The notes: generated from the letters alone by a model not told the origin. A stretch of 64,000 bases of DNA from an uncultured Eubacteriales bacterium (GCA_902761755.1 CACWLP010000002.1:26935-90934); one strand, 5' to 3'. Shown: positions 37,084-46,726, counted from the stretch's first letter. Program-made: numbers and translations.

Positions 37084-37360
37084 GCTTTAATTCGTTCAGC
37101 TCCTGCCGCGCCTGCATCAGCTCCCGGCGCAGCCGGGTATTGTCGTCCTGGGCGGTGAGCAGTTCATCCGCGATGGAAAGCCCGGCGATCACCGCGGCGC
37201 TTTCCCGGTTCACAAAGCCGCTGGACTGGGTTTCGGCAATTTTCCGGTCCACATACACGGCCACTCTGCGCACGTGCTCCGGCGCGTCGCCGCTGGTGAG
37301 GGTATAATCCCTTCCGGCGATGCGCAGGGTATAGGTGCGGTCATCTTTGCGGGTGATCAT
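37070..37360 (-). CDS. zapA: Cell division protein ZapA
   Basis: 96 aa. [32 protein letters not shown] followed by a C-terminal coiled coil. It overlaps neighbours at both ends. Confidence 0.75.
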   Translation of the reverse strand: MITRKDDRTYTLRIAGRDYTLTSGDAPEHVRRVAVYVDRKIAETQSSGFVNRESAAVIAGLSIADELLTAQDDNTRLRRELMQARQELNELKHAGK

Positions 37361-37881
37361 ATCCAGTTGAAGGGGTAATACTGCCCCTTGGTGTCCACGC
37401 GGATGGACTGGATGCGCTGGTCGGCCAGGGGCCGGTCGCGCCCGTCCCGGGGCGTATTGACGATTTCATCCGCGTATTCCATGCCCTCCAGCACCTTGCC
37501 GAAGGCGGCGTAGGAGCCGTCCAGGTGCGGAGAATCGCTGGTCATGATGAAAAACTGGCTGCCGGCGGAATCCGGGTCCATGGCCCGGGCCATGGAGAGC
37601 ACCCCGTAGGTGTGCTTCAGGGGGTTTTCCACGCCGTTCCGGGCAAATTCGCCCTTGATGGAATAGCCGGGCCCGCCGGTGCCGGTGCCCTTGGGGCAGC
37701 CGCCCTGGATCATGAACCCGGGGATCACCCGGTGGAAAATCAGCCCGTCGTAGAAGCCGCCGTTGGCCAGGGACGCGAAATTGCCCACGGACTGGGGCGC
37801 GAATTCGGGGTACAGTTCGCCCTTCATTTCACCGCCGTTTTCCAGCTTGATCACGAAGGTGGGATGCGTTTGCTCGCTCAT
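37357..37881 (-). CDS. ppiB: Cyclophilin-type peptidyl-prolyl cis-trans isomerase
   Basis: [23 protein letters not shown] and SQFFIM motifs. 174 aa. The long N-terminal extension in the listed 666-aa ORF was discarded. Confidence 0.9.
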   Translation of the reverse strand: MSEQTHPTFVIKLENGGEMKGELYPEFAPQSVGNFASLANGGFYDGLIFHRVIPGFMIQGGCPKGTGTGGPGYSIKGEFARNGVENPLKHTYGVLSMARAMDPDSAGSQFFIMTSDSPHLDGSYAAFGKVLEGMEYADEIVNTPRDGRDRPLADQRIQSIRVDTKGQYYPFNWI

Positions 37882-37930
37882 AGGAATCGCCTCCGTTTTT
37901 CCGGTTTGGGACGCAGGATCCTTTCTGATT

Positions 37931-37959
37931 ATGATATGCCTTTTCCGGCATTTTGTCAA
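37931..37959 (-). promoter_or_regulatory. Sigma-A-type promoter of ppiB-zapA-U32
   Basis: Minus strand: TTGACA (37959-37954), 17-nt spacer, TATCAT (37936-37931). Confidence 0.6.
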
Positions 37960-37996
37960 TCCTGCCTCCGCCCGGGGGCCGGGAAGGGGGAAACGG

Positions 37997-38025
37997 TTGC
38001 AATTCAAGGGAAGGTGCGGTATAAT
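37997..38025 (+). promoter_or_regulatory. Sigma-A-type promoter of the rightward multigene unit
   Basis: TTGCAA (37997-38002), 17-nt spacer, TATAAT (38020-38025). Confidence 0.65.
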
Positions 38026-38070
38026 TGCACGGGATTTACGGAAAAAGGGACGGAGGACTGCGGGAAAGCC

Positions 38071-39006
38071 ATGAGCACCAGCGAAAACCGGAAAAGGCGC
38101 GGGGACACGGAGGGGAACCCCTGGGCTGCGGCGGCCCTGGCGGGGCTGACGGGCCTTGCCGTGCGCGCCGCGGCGCTGCTGCCGCTCGTTTTCCTGCCGG
38201 TGGATTTTTCCAAAGGCTTCCCGGGCTGGGCGGGGCTGATCCTCTCCGCGCTGGGCTGGGTGTTCGCGGTGATCCCTCTGCGCTGCCGCAACCGGGAGAG
38301 GATGCGGCGGGCCTTTTATTCCCGGCATCACGCCGCCCGGGGCGTTCCGTACCTCAAATGGCTGGGCGCCGGGCTGACCCGCCATCTGATGGGCTGGCTG
38401 TGGGGGCTGCCGTTCCTGGCCGGCCTGGGCTACTGCGTTTATTACCTGGTGACGGGGTACGACACGCTGTCCGTTACGGATATGTGGCGGCCGGTGCAGA
38501 ACCTGCCCGCGCTGCTGGGAATGAAGCCCTCCCTGGCGGGGGGGATCCTGATGGCCGGTGCGGTCCTTGCGTTGCTGGGCCTCCTCTTCGCTTACGGCTG
38601 GCGGCGGGAGATGGCGGCGGAATTCCTGCCGGTGCGGTCCATGGAGCTGGAGCAGGTGCTCCGCTGGTCCCGCAGGATGCGCAGGCATCACGGAAAGGAA
38701 CTGGCGAAATGCACCCTGGTCAATATCCTGCTGTGGCTGCCCGGGGCGCTGGGGATCGGCGCGGCAGCGGCGGTTTATCTGCGGGGCCGGATCGACACCT
38801 CCGGGGCCATGGCGCTCAGCGGCAGCCTGACCCGCCTGCTTCAGGGCGAATCCCTGGGCGGTTTTCTGGCGGCAGCGGCGGCGGTGTTTTTCCCGGTGTA
38901 TCTCCCGCTCTGCGTATACCGGAAAACGCGCATCGCGAAAACCGTGGCCGGCCTGATGCGGGAGCATATGAAAAAAGCGGAGGCGCAGAAGGATGCGGCT
39001 GGATAA
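38071..39006 (+). CDS. Polytopic membrane protein, function unknown
   Basis: [12 protein letters not shown]... with several hydrophobic helices ([68 protein letters not shown]). The start is uncertain because the Shine-Dalgarno is 14 nt away. Confidence 0.5.
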   Translation: MSTSENRKRRGDTEGNPWAAAALAGLTGLAVRAAALLPLVFLPVDFSKGFPGWAGLILSALGWVFAVIPLRCRNRERMRRAFYSRHHAARGVPYLKWLGAGLTRHLMGWLWGLPFLAGLGYCVYYLVTGYDTLSVTDMWRPVQNLPALLGMKPSLAGGILMAGAVLALLGLLFAYGWRREMAAEFLPVRSMELEQVLRWSRRMRRHHGKELAKCTLVNILLWLPGALGIGAAAAVYLRGRIDTSGAMALSGSLTRLLQGESLGGFLAAAAAVFFPVYLPLCVYRKTRIAKTVAGLMREHMKKAEAQKDAAG

Positions 39007-39706
39007 GCTGCTTTCCCATCTGGGGATCGCGTCCCGGAGCGAAACGAAGGCGCTGGTGCGCGGCGGCCGGGTGCTGATCGCCGGGGAACGGGCGAAAAGC
39101 CCGGACGCGGAGGTGCTCCCCGGAGCGGCGTTGGCGCTGGACGGGCGGGAGATCGACGCCCGGCTGGAGCGGCATCTGATCATGAACAAGCCTGCCGGCG
39201 TGCTCACCGCCGCGGAGGACAGACGGCAGAAAACGGTGATGGACCTGCTGCCGCCCGCCTGCGCCGCCCTGGGCTGCATGCCCGTGGGACGGCTGGACAA
39301 GGACACCACGGGCCTGCTGCTCTTCACCACCGACGGCGTGCTGGCCCATCGGCTCATTGCCCCCAGATCTCACGTGGACAAGGTGTATATCGCCCGGGTG
39401 GACGGGGCGCTGACGGCGGCGGACGTTTCGGCTTTCGCCGCGGGGATCGTCCTGCGGGATTTCACCGCCCTGCCGGCGGAATTGGAAATCCTCTCTCCGG
39501 ATACGGGCCGCCTGACGGTGCGGGAGGGAAAATACCATCAGGTGAAAAGGATGTTCGCCGCCCGGGGAAAGCCTGTGACGGCGCTGGAGAGGATCGCTTT
39601 CGGCCCCCTGGCGCTGGACGGGAGCCTGGCCCCCGGGGAATACCGGGAACTGAACGCGGAGGAGATCGCCGCCCTGTACGCGGCGGCAGGCATAGAGCAT
39701 GAATGA
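38993..39706 (+). CDS. rsuA: Pseudouridine synthase, RsuA/RluB family (S4 domain plus catalytic domain)
   Basis: [27 protein letters not shown] (S4 domain), catalytic [17 protein letters not shown], and YHQVKRMF. Confidence 0.85.
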   Translation: MRLDKLLSHLGIASRSETKALVRGGRVLIAGERAKSPDAEVLPGAALALDGREIDARLERHLIMNKPAGVLTAAEDRRQKTVMDLLPPACAALGCMPVGRLDKDTTGLLLFTTDGVLAHRLIAPRSHVDKVYIARVDGALTAADVSAFAAGIVLRDFTALPAELEILSPDTGRLTVREGKYHQVKRMFAARGKPVTALERIAFGPLALDGSLAPGEYRELNAEEIAALYAAAGIEHE

Positions 39707-40307
39707 CCATTATTACAGCGCGGACCCGCAAAGCAGCCATCGCTACGCCCCGGCGGAATACGTCTACCGGGGGGCGGCGCTGCGGTTTCTTACCGACGCC
39801 GGGGTGTTCTCCCGGGGCGAAGTGGATTTCGGCACGGACGTGCTGCTGAACGCCCTGCCGGAGGAAATCGCCGGCCGGGTGCTGGATCTGGGCTGCGGCT
39901 GGGGCGCCGTGGGGGTCAGCGTGGGCAAGCGCTATCCCGATTGCCGGATCGTGATGACCGATGTGAACGCCCGGGCCGCCGCCCTGGCCGCGGAGAACGC
40001 CCGCGCCAACGGCGTGAAGGCCGAAACCGTGATCGGGGACGGGCTGGAAAACGTGACGGGCGCGTTTGATTATATCCTCACCAATCCCCCCATCCGGGCG
40101 GGCAAGCAGGTGATCTACGCCCTGTTCGCCGCCTGCGCGAAAAGGCTGACGGAGAAAGGGAAAATGTACCTGGTGATCCGCAAGCAGCAGGGGGCGGAAT
40201 CGGCGGTGCGGTATCTGAAAACGCTGTTTGGCGCGGTGGATACCGTGGACAGGAGCGGCGGGTTCCACGTGATATGCTGCCAGGAGGCAAAAGAAAATGA
40301 CGTTTGA
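39699..40307 (+). CDS. Class I SAM-dependent methyltransferase (RsmC/YbxB-like small rRNA methyltransferase)
   Basis: VLDLGCGWGAVG (motif I) and ILTNPPIRAG (NPPY-type motif IV). Confidence 0.75.
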   Translation: MNDHYYSADPQSSHRYAPAEYVYRGAALRFLTDAGVFSRGEVDFGTDVLLNALPEEIAGRVLDLGCGWGAVGVSVGKRYPDCRIVMTDVNARAAALAAENARANGVKAETVIGDGLENVTGAFDYILTNPPIRAGKQVIYALFAACAKRLTEKGKMYLVIRKQQGAESAVRYLKTLFGAVDTVDRSGGFHVICCQEAKENDV

Positions 40308-41475
40308 TCAGGCATATTTCGACGCGGGCGTCGACAGGCGGGGCACCCAATGCGAAAAATGGGATGATCCCCGGATGCTGCCCGAGGGCGGCGTTCCCCT
40401 GTGGGTGGCGGACATGGATTTCCCCTGCGCCCCCGCGGTGGCCGAAGCGGTGCGCCGGCGGGCGGCCCACCCCTGCTACGGATACAGCAGCGGCGCGGCG
40501 GAGGAGGAATGCACCGCGGCGCTGTGCGCCTTCTGGCGTAGGCGGCACGGCCTGGCGCTGCAAGCGGAGCAGTGCGTCACGCTGCCCTGCGTGATCACGG
40601 GGCTCAAAATCTGCGTGCGGCTGTTCACGAAGCCCGGAGACGCGGTGGCCCTGTTCACCCCGGTGTACGGCCCCTTCTATGAGGCGGTGCGGCTGAACGG
40701 CCGGCGGGCGGCGGCGGTGCCGCTGCTGCCGGACGAGGCGGGCCGGTACCCCATGAACCTGAAAGGCATGGAGGACGCTTTGAAGGCCGGCGCGCGGCTG
40801 ATCATGCTGTGCAATCCCCACAACCCGGTGTCCCGGCTGTGGACGAGGGAGGAGCTGACGGCCCTGGCGGAGCTGGCGGCTGCCTATGACGTGAAGATCG
40901 TCAGCGACGAGATCCACGCGGATTTCGTGTACGCCCCCGGCGTATTCACGCCCATCCTGTCGGTGGAAAAGGCGAAGGGCCGGGCGGTGATGCTCTGCTC
41001 CGCCAGCAAAACCTTCAACGTGGCGGGGCTGCAGCAGGCCGCGGCGGCGGCGCTGGACCCGGCGCTTACGGAGGCTGTCCGACGGGAGATGGCGGAAAGC
41101 GGCGTCACCGCCGGCAACATCTTCGCCATGGCAGCGGCGACGGCGGCGTATACGGACGGCGACGAATGGCTGGACGGGCTGCTGCGGTATCTGGACGGCA
41201 GCCGGAAGCTGCTCCGGGAATATACGGAAGCGCATCTGCCCCGCGCCCGCCTTTCGCCGGTGGAGGCTACGTACCTGGGCTGGCTGGACCTGCGCGCTTA
41301 CGGGCTTTCCTGCGATGAATTGCGGATCAGATGCGCCCGGGAGGGCGTGGCCTTCACCGGCGGCACGTTTTTCGGGCCGGAGGGCGAAGGGTTTCTGCGG
41401 GTGAATTTCGGCTGCCCCCGGCGGCAGCTGACGGCGGGCATGGACCGACTGCGCCGTGCCCTGGAGGAGGAGTAA
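40297..41475 (+). CDS. MalY/PatB-type PLP-dependent C-S lyase (cystathionine beta-lyase-like)
   Basis: RRGTQCEKWD, LWVADMDFP, LCNPHNPVSRLWT and SASKTFNVAGL (PLP lysine). Confidence 0.8.
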   Translation: MTFDQAYFDAGVDRRGTQCEKWDDPRMLPEGGVPLWVADMDFPCAPAVAEAVRRRAAHPCYGYSSGAAEEECTAALCAFWRRRHGLALQAEQCVTLPCVITGLKICVRLFTKPGDAVALFTPVYGPFYEAVRLNGRRAAAVPLLPDEAGRYPMNLKGMEDALKAGARLIMLCNPHNPVSRLWTREELTALAELAAAYDVKIVSDEIHADFVYAPGVFTPILSVEKAKGRAVMLCSASKTFNVAGLQQAAAAALDPALTEAVRREMAESGVTAGNIFAMAAATAAYTDGDEWLDGLLRYLDGSRKLLREYTEAHLPRARLSPVEATYLGWLDLRAYGLSCDELRIRCAREGVAFTGGTFFGPEGEGFLRVNFGCPRRQLTAGMDRLRRALEEE

Positions 41476-41480
41476 AGCAC

Positions 41481-42896
41481 ATGGATCGGATCGAGGAACT
41501 GCTGGCATCTTATCGGGAAGAAATGATGGAAACGGTGCAGAAATGGGTGCGCATCCCCAGCGTCAAAGGGGAGCCCGCCCCTGGGGCGCCCTTCGGCGAG
41601 GAGATTCGCCGGGCGCTGGACACCGCCATGGAGGACTGCGCCGCCTTCGGGCTGAAAACCCAGGTTTTTGACGGCTACGCCGGCCACGCGGACCTGGGGG
41701 AAGGGGATACCCGGGACGCATTGGCCATCCTGGCCCATCTGGACGTGGTGCCCGTGGGCGACGGCTGGCAGCGGGAGCCCTTCGGCGCCCAGCGGGAGGA
41801 CGGGAAGATCTTCGGCCGCGGCACTGGCGACGATAAAGGCCCCGCGGTGGCGGCGCTCTACGCCCTGCGGGCCGTCAAGGAAGCAGGGGTGCCCCTGCGC
41901 CGGAAGGTGCGTCTGATCCTGGGCTGCGACGAGGAGTGCGGCTCCTCCGATATGGCGTACTACAAAAAAACCGGCGAAATGCCCCGGTCCGGCTTCAGCC
42001 CGGACGCGGACTATCCTGTGATCAATATTGAGAAGGGCGGCTGCCACCTGAAATTCGCCGGGGATTTGAGCCCGGAGGGGCTGCAGGTCCTGTCCATGCA
42101 GGTGGGGGAAAGGGCCAACGTGATCCCGGGCTTCGCCTCCGCCCTGGTGGAGGGGGACGAGGATATCGCCCGGAAAGCCATGGAAGCGGGGGAAAAGCTG
42201 GGCTTTCCCGTGAAGGCCACCCTGGGCAACGGCGCGGTGATCATCGAAACCGTGGGCGTTACCGGCCACGCGGCCTTCCCCGGGCACGGACGCAACGCCA
42301 TCGGGCAGATGCTGCTCCTGTTCCGGGAGCTGGGCGTGCAGGGCGTGCTCCGGGATATGGCGGACGCCGTGGGCATGACCTGGCGGGGAGAAAACCTGGG
42401 CATCGACATGCGGGACGGCGTCTCCGGCGAGCTCACCGCCAGCCTGGATATCATCCGGGTGGAGGGAAGCCGGATGGAGGCGCTGATGGACATTCGCTAT
42501 CCGGTGCTGCTGAACCTGGACGCCATGGTGAGCACCGCGAAAATGCGCCTGCCGGACGTGGAGATCACCGTGGCGGGCAGCCGTCCGCCGCACTTCGTCA
42601 GCGAGCGGACGGAATTGGTGCAGGAGCTGCTGGAAGCGTACCATGAGGTCACCGGCGGGGAAAAGCGCACCGTGGCCATCGGGGGCGGCACCTACGCCCA
42701 ATCCCTGGAGGAAGGGGTCGCCTTCGGCGCGCTGTTCCCCGGAGAACCCGAAATGGCCCATCAGGCCAACGAGTACATGACGGAAGAATCCATTTTCCAG
42801 AACGCCCGGATCTTCGCCCGCGCCATCGTGCGCCTGGCGGGGAAGAAAAGCGGGGAGGATACCAAAAGCGAGGAGGATACCGATGGCGACCGCTGA
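41481..42896 (+). CDS. pepV: M20-family dipeptidase (PepV/Sapep-like)
   Basis: AHLDVVPVGDGW, GRGTGDDKGP, GCDEECGS and GGGTYA. Confidence 0.85.
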   Translation: MDRIEELLASYREEMMETVQKWVRIPSVKGEPAPGAPFGEEIRRALDTAMEDCAAFGLKTQVFDGYAGHADLGEGDTRDALAILAHLDVVPVGDGWQREPFGAQREDGKIFGRGTGDDKGPAVAALYALRAVKEAGVPLRRKVRLILGCDEECGSSDMAYYKKTGEMPRSGFSPDADYPVINIEKGGCHLKFAGDLSPEGLQVLSMQVGERANVIPGFASALVEGDEDIARKAMEAGEKLGFPVKATLGNGAVIIETVGVTGHAAFPGHGRNAIGQMLLLFRELGVQGVLRDMADAVGMTWRGENLGIDMRDGVSGELTASLDIIRVEGSRMEALMDIRYPVLLNLDAMVSTAKMRLPDVEITVAGSRPPHFVSERTELVQELLEAYHEVTGGEKRTVAIGGGTYAQSLEEGVAFGALFPGEPEMAHQANEYMTEESIFQNARIFARAIVRLAGKKSGEDTKSEEDTDGDR

Positions 42897-43242
42897 AGTG
42901 ATCACCTGCATCAACTGCCCCATGGGCTGCCGGATGGAAGTGGAAAGGGAAGGGGAAACCGTGCTGTCCGTGACGGGGAACACCTGCAAGCGCGGGGAGG
43001 CGTACGCCCGGCAGGAGTGCGTCAGGCCCCTGCGGATGGTGACGGCGGTGGCGCCGGTGGAAGGCCGGGACATGCCTGTGAGCGTGAAAACCAGGACGCC
43101 CATCCCCAAGCAGGAGATCGACGGCTGCATGCGCGCCATCCTGGCGGCGCCCTTCCGGCCCCCCATCGCCGCCGGGGACGTGCTGATTGAAAACGTATGC
43201 GGCACCGGGGTGGACGTGATCGCCACCAAGGCGGTGCCGTGA
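42883..43242 (+). CDS. DUF1667-domain protein (Cys-rich, stand-alone)
   Basis: ITCINCPMGCRMEV...VTGNTCKRGEAYARQE...MPVSVKTRTPIPK matches the DUF1667 pattern. It overlaps the pepV end by 14 nt and the mpg start (GTGA). Confidence 0.65.
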   Translation: MATAEVITCINCPMGCRMEVEREGETVLSVTGNTCKRGEAYARQECVRPLRMVTAVAPVEGRDMPVSVKTRTPIPKQEIDGCMRAILAAPFRPPIAAGDVLIENVCGTGVDVIATKAVP

Positions 43243-43748
43243 GGCTGGCGGCGGATTTCTTCCGCGGGGACGTGAAGGACGTGGCGCCCGCCCTGGTGGG
43301 GGCGTATCTGTGCCGCCGGACGGCGGAGGGCCGCGTGCTCCGGGGCCGGATCACGGAAACGGAGGCCTACCGCGGGGAAGAGGACGGGGCCTGCCATGCC
43401 CGGGCGGGGCGCACGAAGCGCACGGAAATGCTGTACCGGGAGGGCGGGCATGCCTATGTGTACCTGGTGTACGGGCTGCACTGGCTGTTCAATGTGATCA
43501 CCGGGCCCGCGGACGTGCCCCAGGGCGTTTTGGTCCGGGCGATGGACAAGCCCCTGGACGGCCCGGCCAAATGGACCCGGGCTTTTTCCGTCACGGGGGC
43601 GCAGAACGGGCTTTATCTCCCGGACAGCGAGGAAATCTGGCTGGAGGCCGGGGAAAAGGCGAACATCCGCACCGCGGCCCGGGTGGGCATCGATTTCGCC
43701 CCGGAGCCGTGGAAAAGCATGCCCTGGCGGTTTATTCTGGATGAATGA
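43239..43748 (+). CDS. mpg: DNA-3-methyladenine glycosylase (Mpg/AAG family)
   Basis: The GTG start overlaps the previous stop. FFRGDVKDVAPALVGAYL, ITETEAY, ACHA and YLVYGLHWLFNV. Confidence 0.75.
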   Translation: MRLAADFFRGDVKDVAPALVGAYLCRRTAEGRVLRGRITETEAYRGEEDGACHARAGRTKRTEMLYREGGHAYVYLVYGLHWLFNVITGPADVPQGVLVRAMDKPLDGPAKWTRAFSVTGAQNGLYLPDSEEIWLEAGEKANIRTAARVGIDFAPEPWKSMPWRFILDE

Positions 43749-43761
43749 GGAGAGATGCACC

Positions 43762-44715
43762 ATGCCCCTTGCGCCGATTCTGATGACGCCGGCCTATCGC
43801 TGCGGGGATGCGACCCCCTGGGGCGGGGACGGGCTGCGGCGGCTGTTCGGCAGGAACATCCCGGACGGGCGCACCGGCGAGAGCCTGGAGGTCAGCGCCA
43901 TTCCCGGGCTGGAAAGCCGGGATGAAACCGGGACGCCCCTGAGCGCCCTGATCGCCCGGTACGGAGAAAGGCTGACGGGGAAGGGCTTTTGCAGGCCTTT
44001 TCCGCTGCTGCTCAAGCTCCTGGACGCCCGGGACGCCCTGAGCGTGCAGGTGCACCCGGACGACGCCTATGCCGCCCGGACGGAGGGCAAACTGGGCAAA
44101 ACCGAAGCGTGGCACATCCTGCACGCGGAGCCGGGGGCCGAACTGGTCTACGGCGTGGTGTCCGGGGCGACGAAGGAAGCCCTGCGGGAGGCCTCCCGGC
44201 GGGAGGCGGAGATCGAAAAGCTGCTGCGGCGGGTGAAGGTGAAGGCGGGGGAGACGTATTACATCCCCGCGGGCACCGTCCACGCCATCGGGGCGGGGAT
44301 CGTGCTGTACGAGATCCAGGAGAGCAGCGACGTGACCTACCGCTTTTACGATTGGGGCCGCCTGGGCAGGGATGGGCGCCCCCGGGAATTGCACATCCAA
44401 AAAGCGGTGGACGTGACGGACGTGCATTTCCATCCCGACGCCGTGGAGGAAAAGGAAACCGCCCCGGGCCGGTATTCCCTCCTGAACGAAAGGGTTTTCA
44501 CCCTGGAAAGGTTTTCGGCCTTCCGCGGCGCGCTGGAAAACGATCCCCGGCGCTTCCGCTTTTTCACCGCCGTGCAGCCCTGCGTCCTTTCCTGGGACGG
44601 GGGCGGGATGGCCCTGCCCGCCGGGCGCACCGCGCTGCTGCCCGCCGATGGATTCGACCTGACGCTGGACGCGCCCGCGGCGCTGATGAGCGGCCCGAAC
44701 GCCGAAAAATTGTAA
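43762..44715 (+). CDS. manA: Class I mannose-6-phosphate isomerase
   Basis: GAGGAGAG Shine-Dalgarno 7 nt before the ATG at 43762. PWGG, LLLKLLDARDALSVQVHPDD, KTEAWHIL and YIPAGTVHAIG. An alternative ATG lies at 43741. Confidence 0.8.
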   Translation: MPLAPILMTPAYRCGDATPWGGDGLRRLFGRNIPDGRTGESLEVSAIPGLESRDETGTPLSALIARYGERLTGKGFCRPFPLLLKLLDARDALSVQVHPDDAYAARTEGKLGKTEAWHILHAEPGAELVYGVVSGATKEALREASRREAEIEKLLRRVKVKAGETYYIPAGTVHAIGAGIVLYEIQESSDVTYRFYDWGRLGRDGRPRELHIQKAVDVTDVHFHPDAVEEKETAPGRYSLLNERVFTLERFSAFRGALENDPRRFRFFTAVQPCVLSWDGGGMALPAGRTALLPADGFDLTLDAPAALMSGPNAEKL

Positions 44716-44755
44716 AAAATGGTATAAAAGTGCAATAAAATTGATAAAATAGCGT

Positions 44756-44786
44756 CTGCGGCACTTGAAGTGCCGCGGATTTTTTG
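44756..44786 (+). terminator. Rho-independent terminator after manA
   Basis: CTGCGGCAC ttgaa GTGCCGCGG, followed by ATTTTTTG. Confidence 0.7.
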
Positions 44787-44793
44787 CTATAAT
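44765..44793 (+). promoter_or_regulatory. Candidate murB promoter embedded in the terminator
   Basis: TTGAAG (44765-44770), 17-nt spacer, TATAAT (44788-44793). Confidence 0.5.
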
Positions 44794-44813
44794 GCACGGG
44801 GGTTTGAGAAAAT

Positions 44814-45719
44814 ATGGATCAAATGGGATGTTTGCGGGCGCTTTGCCCGGGTGCGGACGTGCGCGCCGGAGTGCGTTTGGATAAATACACCACGCTGCGG
44901 GTGGGCGGCCCGGCGGATTATTTCTGCGAACCGGAAACCGAGGAGGCCCTGGCCGGGCTGCTGGCCGCGGCGGAAACGCTTTCGCTGCCGGCGCTGCTCA
45001 TGGGCAACGGCAGCAACCTGCTGGTCCGGGACGGCGGCTTCCGGGGCCTGGCGATCCGTCTGGGCCGGGGCCTTTCCCGGATCGAAAGGACGGAGGGGGG
45101 CCTGCGCGCCGGGGCCGGGGCGCTTTTGAGCGTGCTTTCCCGCACGGCCCAGGAGGCAGCCCTTACCGGCCTGGAATTCGCCCAGGGCATTCCCGGCAGC
45201 GTGGGCGGCGGGCTGTATATGAACGCCGGGGCCTACGGCGGGGAGCTGGGGCAGGTGACGGAATCGGTGCGGGTGCTCTCTGGCGGGGAAATCCGCTGCG
45301 TGCCCGGCGGGGAAATGGGCTTTTCTTACCGGCACACCCGGGCCATGGACGAAAAATGGGTGATCCTGGGGGCGGATTTCCGTCTGGAAAAAGGCGATCC
45401 CGAGGCCATCGCCGCCGCCATGCAGGATTTTGCATCCCGGCGGCGGGAAAAGCAGCCCCTGGAATATCCCAGCGCCGGCAGCTTTTTCAAGCGCCCGCCC
45501 GGGCATTTCGCCGGCGCGCTGATCGAGCAGGCGGGTCTGAAGGGCTGCGCCGTGGGCGGCGCGCAGGTGAGCCAGAAGCACGCGGGCTTTCTGATCAACC
45601 GGGGCGGCGCCACGGCGGAGGATTTCCTCCGGCTCATGGCCCGCGTACAGGATACGGTGGAAGCGCGCTTCGGCGTCCGTCTGGAGCCGGAGGTGCGCAT
45701 CGTGGGGAGCGAAGGATGA
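44814..45719 (+). CDS. murB: UDP-N-acetylenolpyruvoylglucosamine reductase
   Basis: YTTLRVGGPADYF, MGNGSNLLV, GIPGSVGGGLYMNAGAYG, PSAGSFFKRP and FLIN. Confidence 0.9.
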   Translation: MDQMGCLRALCPGADVRAGVRLDKYTTLRVGGPADYFCEPETEEALAGLLAAAETLSLPALLMGNGSNLLVRDGGFRGLAIRLGRGLSRIERTEGGLRAGAGALLSVLSRTAQEAALTGLEFAQGIPGSVGGGLYMNAGAYGGELGQVTESVRVLSGGEIRCVPGGEMGFSYRHTRAMDEKWVILGADFRLEKGDPEAIAAAMQDFASRRREKQPLEYPSAGSFFKRPPGHFAGALIEQAGLKGCAVGGAQVSQKHAGFLINRGGATAEDFLRLMARVQDTVEARFGVRLEPEVRIVGSEG

Positions 45720-46726
45720 GCTTTTCAGCCCAGGTGAAGCAGGAACTGATGCGGGTGCGGCCGGAAAAGCACTGCTGTATGCTTTCCGAGCTCAGCGCCC
45801 TGACCCAGACCTGCGCCTCCCTGCGCCTTTCCGGCGGCGGCAGGGTGCGGCTGGTGTACGAAACGGAAAACCCGGCCCTGGCCAAGCGCATTTTCCTCCT
45901 GCTCAAAAAGCGCATGGAGATCACCCCGGCCCTGGAATTCAAGCGGCACAAGCGGCTGGGCGGGCGGCGGGCGTCGGTGCTGACGGTGACGGAGGGCGAT
46001 ACCCGGCGGCTGCTCGTCGCCCTGCGGATGCTGACGGAATCCGAAGCGGGGGCGGTGTACCGCGGCATTCCCCGGACGGCCATGAGCCGGCGCTGCTGCC
46101 GGGCGGCCTTCGTGCGGGCGGCCTTCCTGGGGGCGGGCGCGGTGAGCGAGCCGGAAACCGGTTACCGCCTGGAATTCGTGTCCTCCGGCAGCAAGGCCGA
46201 AACCCTGATGAAAATGCTGGAGAAAAGCGGCATCCAGGCCCTGACGGCGAAGCGCCGGGGCAGCGACGTGGTGTACCTGCGCCGGGGGGACGACGTGGTT
46301 TCCTGCCTGGCGCTGATGGGAGCCCACCGGGCGCTGATGGACCTGGAAAACATCCGCATCCGCCGGGACGGGCGCAACCAGGCCAACCGCGCCCGGAACT
46401 GCGACGAGGCGAACCTGAAAAAGCAGCTGGGGGCGGGGGAAAGGCAGCGGCAGGCCATCGTGGGCTATTCCCTGGCCCACAGCCTGGGGGCGCTGCCCAA
46501 GGAACTGCAGGAGATCGGCCGCATGCGGATGCTGCACCCGGAGGTTTCCCTGGAGGAGCTGGGCCAGATGCTCAGCCCGCCGGTGGGGAAATCCGGGGCG
46601 AACCACCGGATGCGTCGGCTGATGCAGATCATCGGCGGAGAGAAAACGCAAGAGAGGAAGGATACACATGGTCAGGCTGACGCTGGATTTGACGGGCGTG
46701 ACACCCATGACCCGGATGCAAACTGA
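45716..46726 (+). CDS. whiA: DNA-binding sporulation/cell-division regulator WhiA
   Basis: The ATG overlaps the murB stop (ATGA). MSFSAQVKQEL...HCC..SELSAL, RAAFLGAGAVSEPE (LAGLIDADG-like domains), and the C-terminal HTH SLEELGQMLSPPVGKSGANHRMRRL. Confidence 0.85.
   Translation: MSFSAQVKQELMRVRPEKHCCMLSELSALTQTCASLRLSGGGRVRLVYETENPALAKRIFLLLKKRMEITPALEFKRHKRLGGRRASVLTVTEGDTRRLLVALRMLTESEAGAVYRGIPRTAMSRRCCRAAFVRAAFLGAGAVSEPETGYRLEFVSSGSKAETLMKMLEKSGIQALTAKRRGSDVVYLRRGDDVVSCLALMGAHRALMDLENIRIRRDGRNQANRARNCDEANLKKQLGAGERQRQAIVGYSLAHSLGALPKELQEIGRMRMLHPEVSLEELGQMLSPPVGKSGANHRMRRLMQIIGGEKTQERKDTHGQADAGFDGRDTHDPDAN

Noticed and set aside
32611-37158. A 1515-aa stop-free ORF on the plus strand spans mutS2, the intergenic gap, the U32 peptidase gene and part of zapA.
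   Set aside because: It lies antisense to genes with unmistakable family motifs. Its product is Gly/Arg/Ala/Pro/His/Gln-rich with no motif. In a genome with GC-rich third codon positions, the sense codons that create antisense stops (TTA, CTA, TCA) are rare, so long shadow ORFs are expected. The same reasoning applies to 56556-59372 (antisense to leuS), 25567-28215, 41298-43763, 10036-12342, 2688-4358, 4551-5900, 18772-20478, 21174-22577 and 62062-63297.
37882-39357. The N-terminal ~490 aa of the listed 666-aa minus-strand ORF that ends in the cyclophilin domain.
   Set aside because: The composition is Arg/Pro/Gly/Gln-rich with no motifs. The stretch is antisense to the plus-strand membrane-protein and rsuA genes. 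A strong promoter and a Shine-Dalgarno lie immediately upstream of MSEQTHPTF at 37881.
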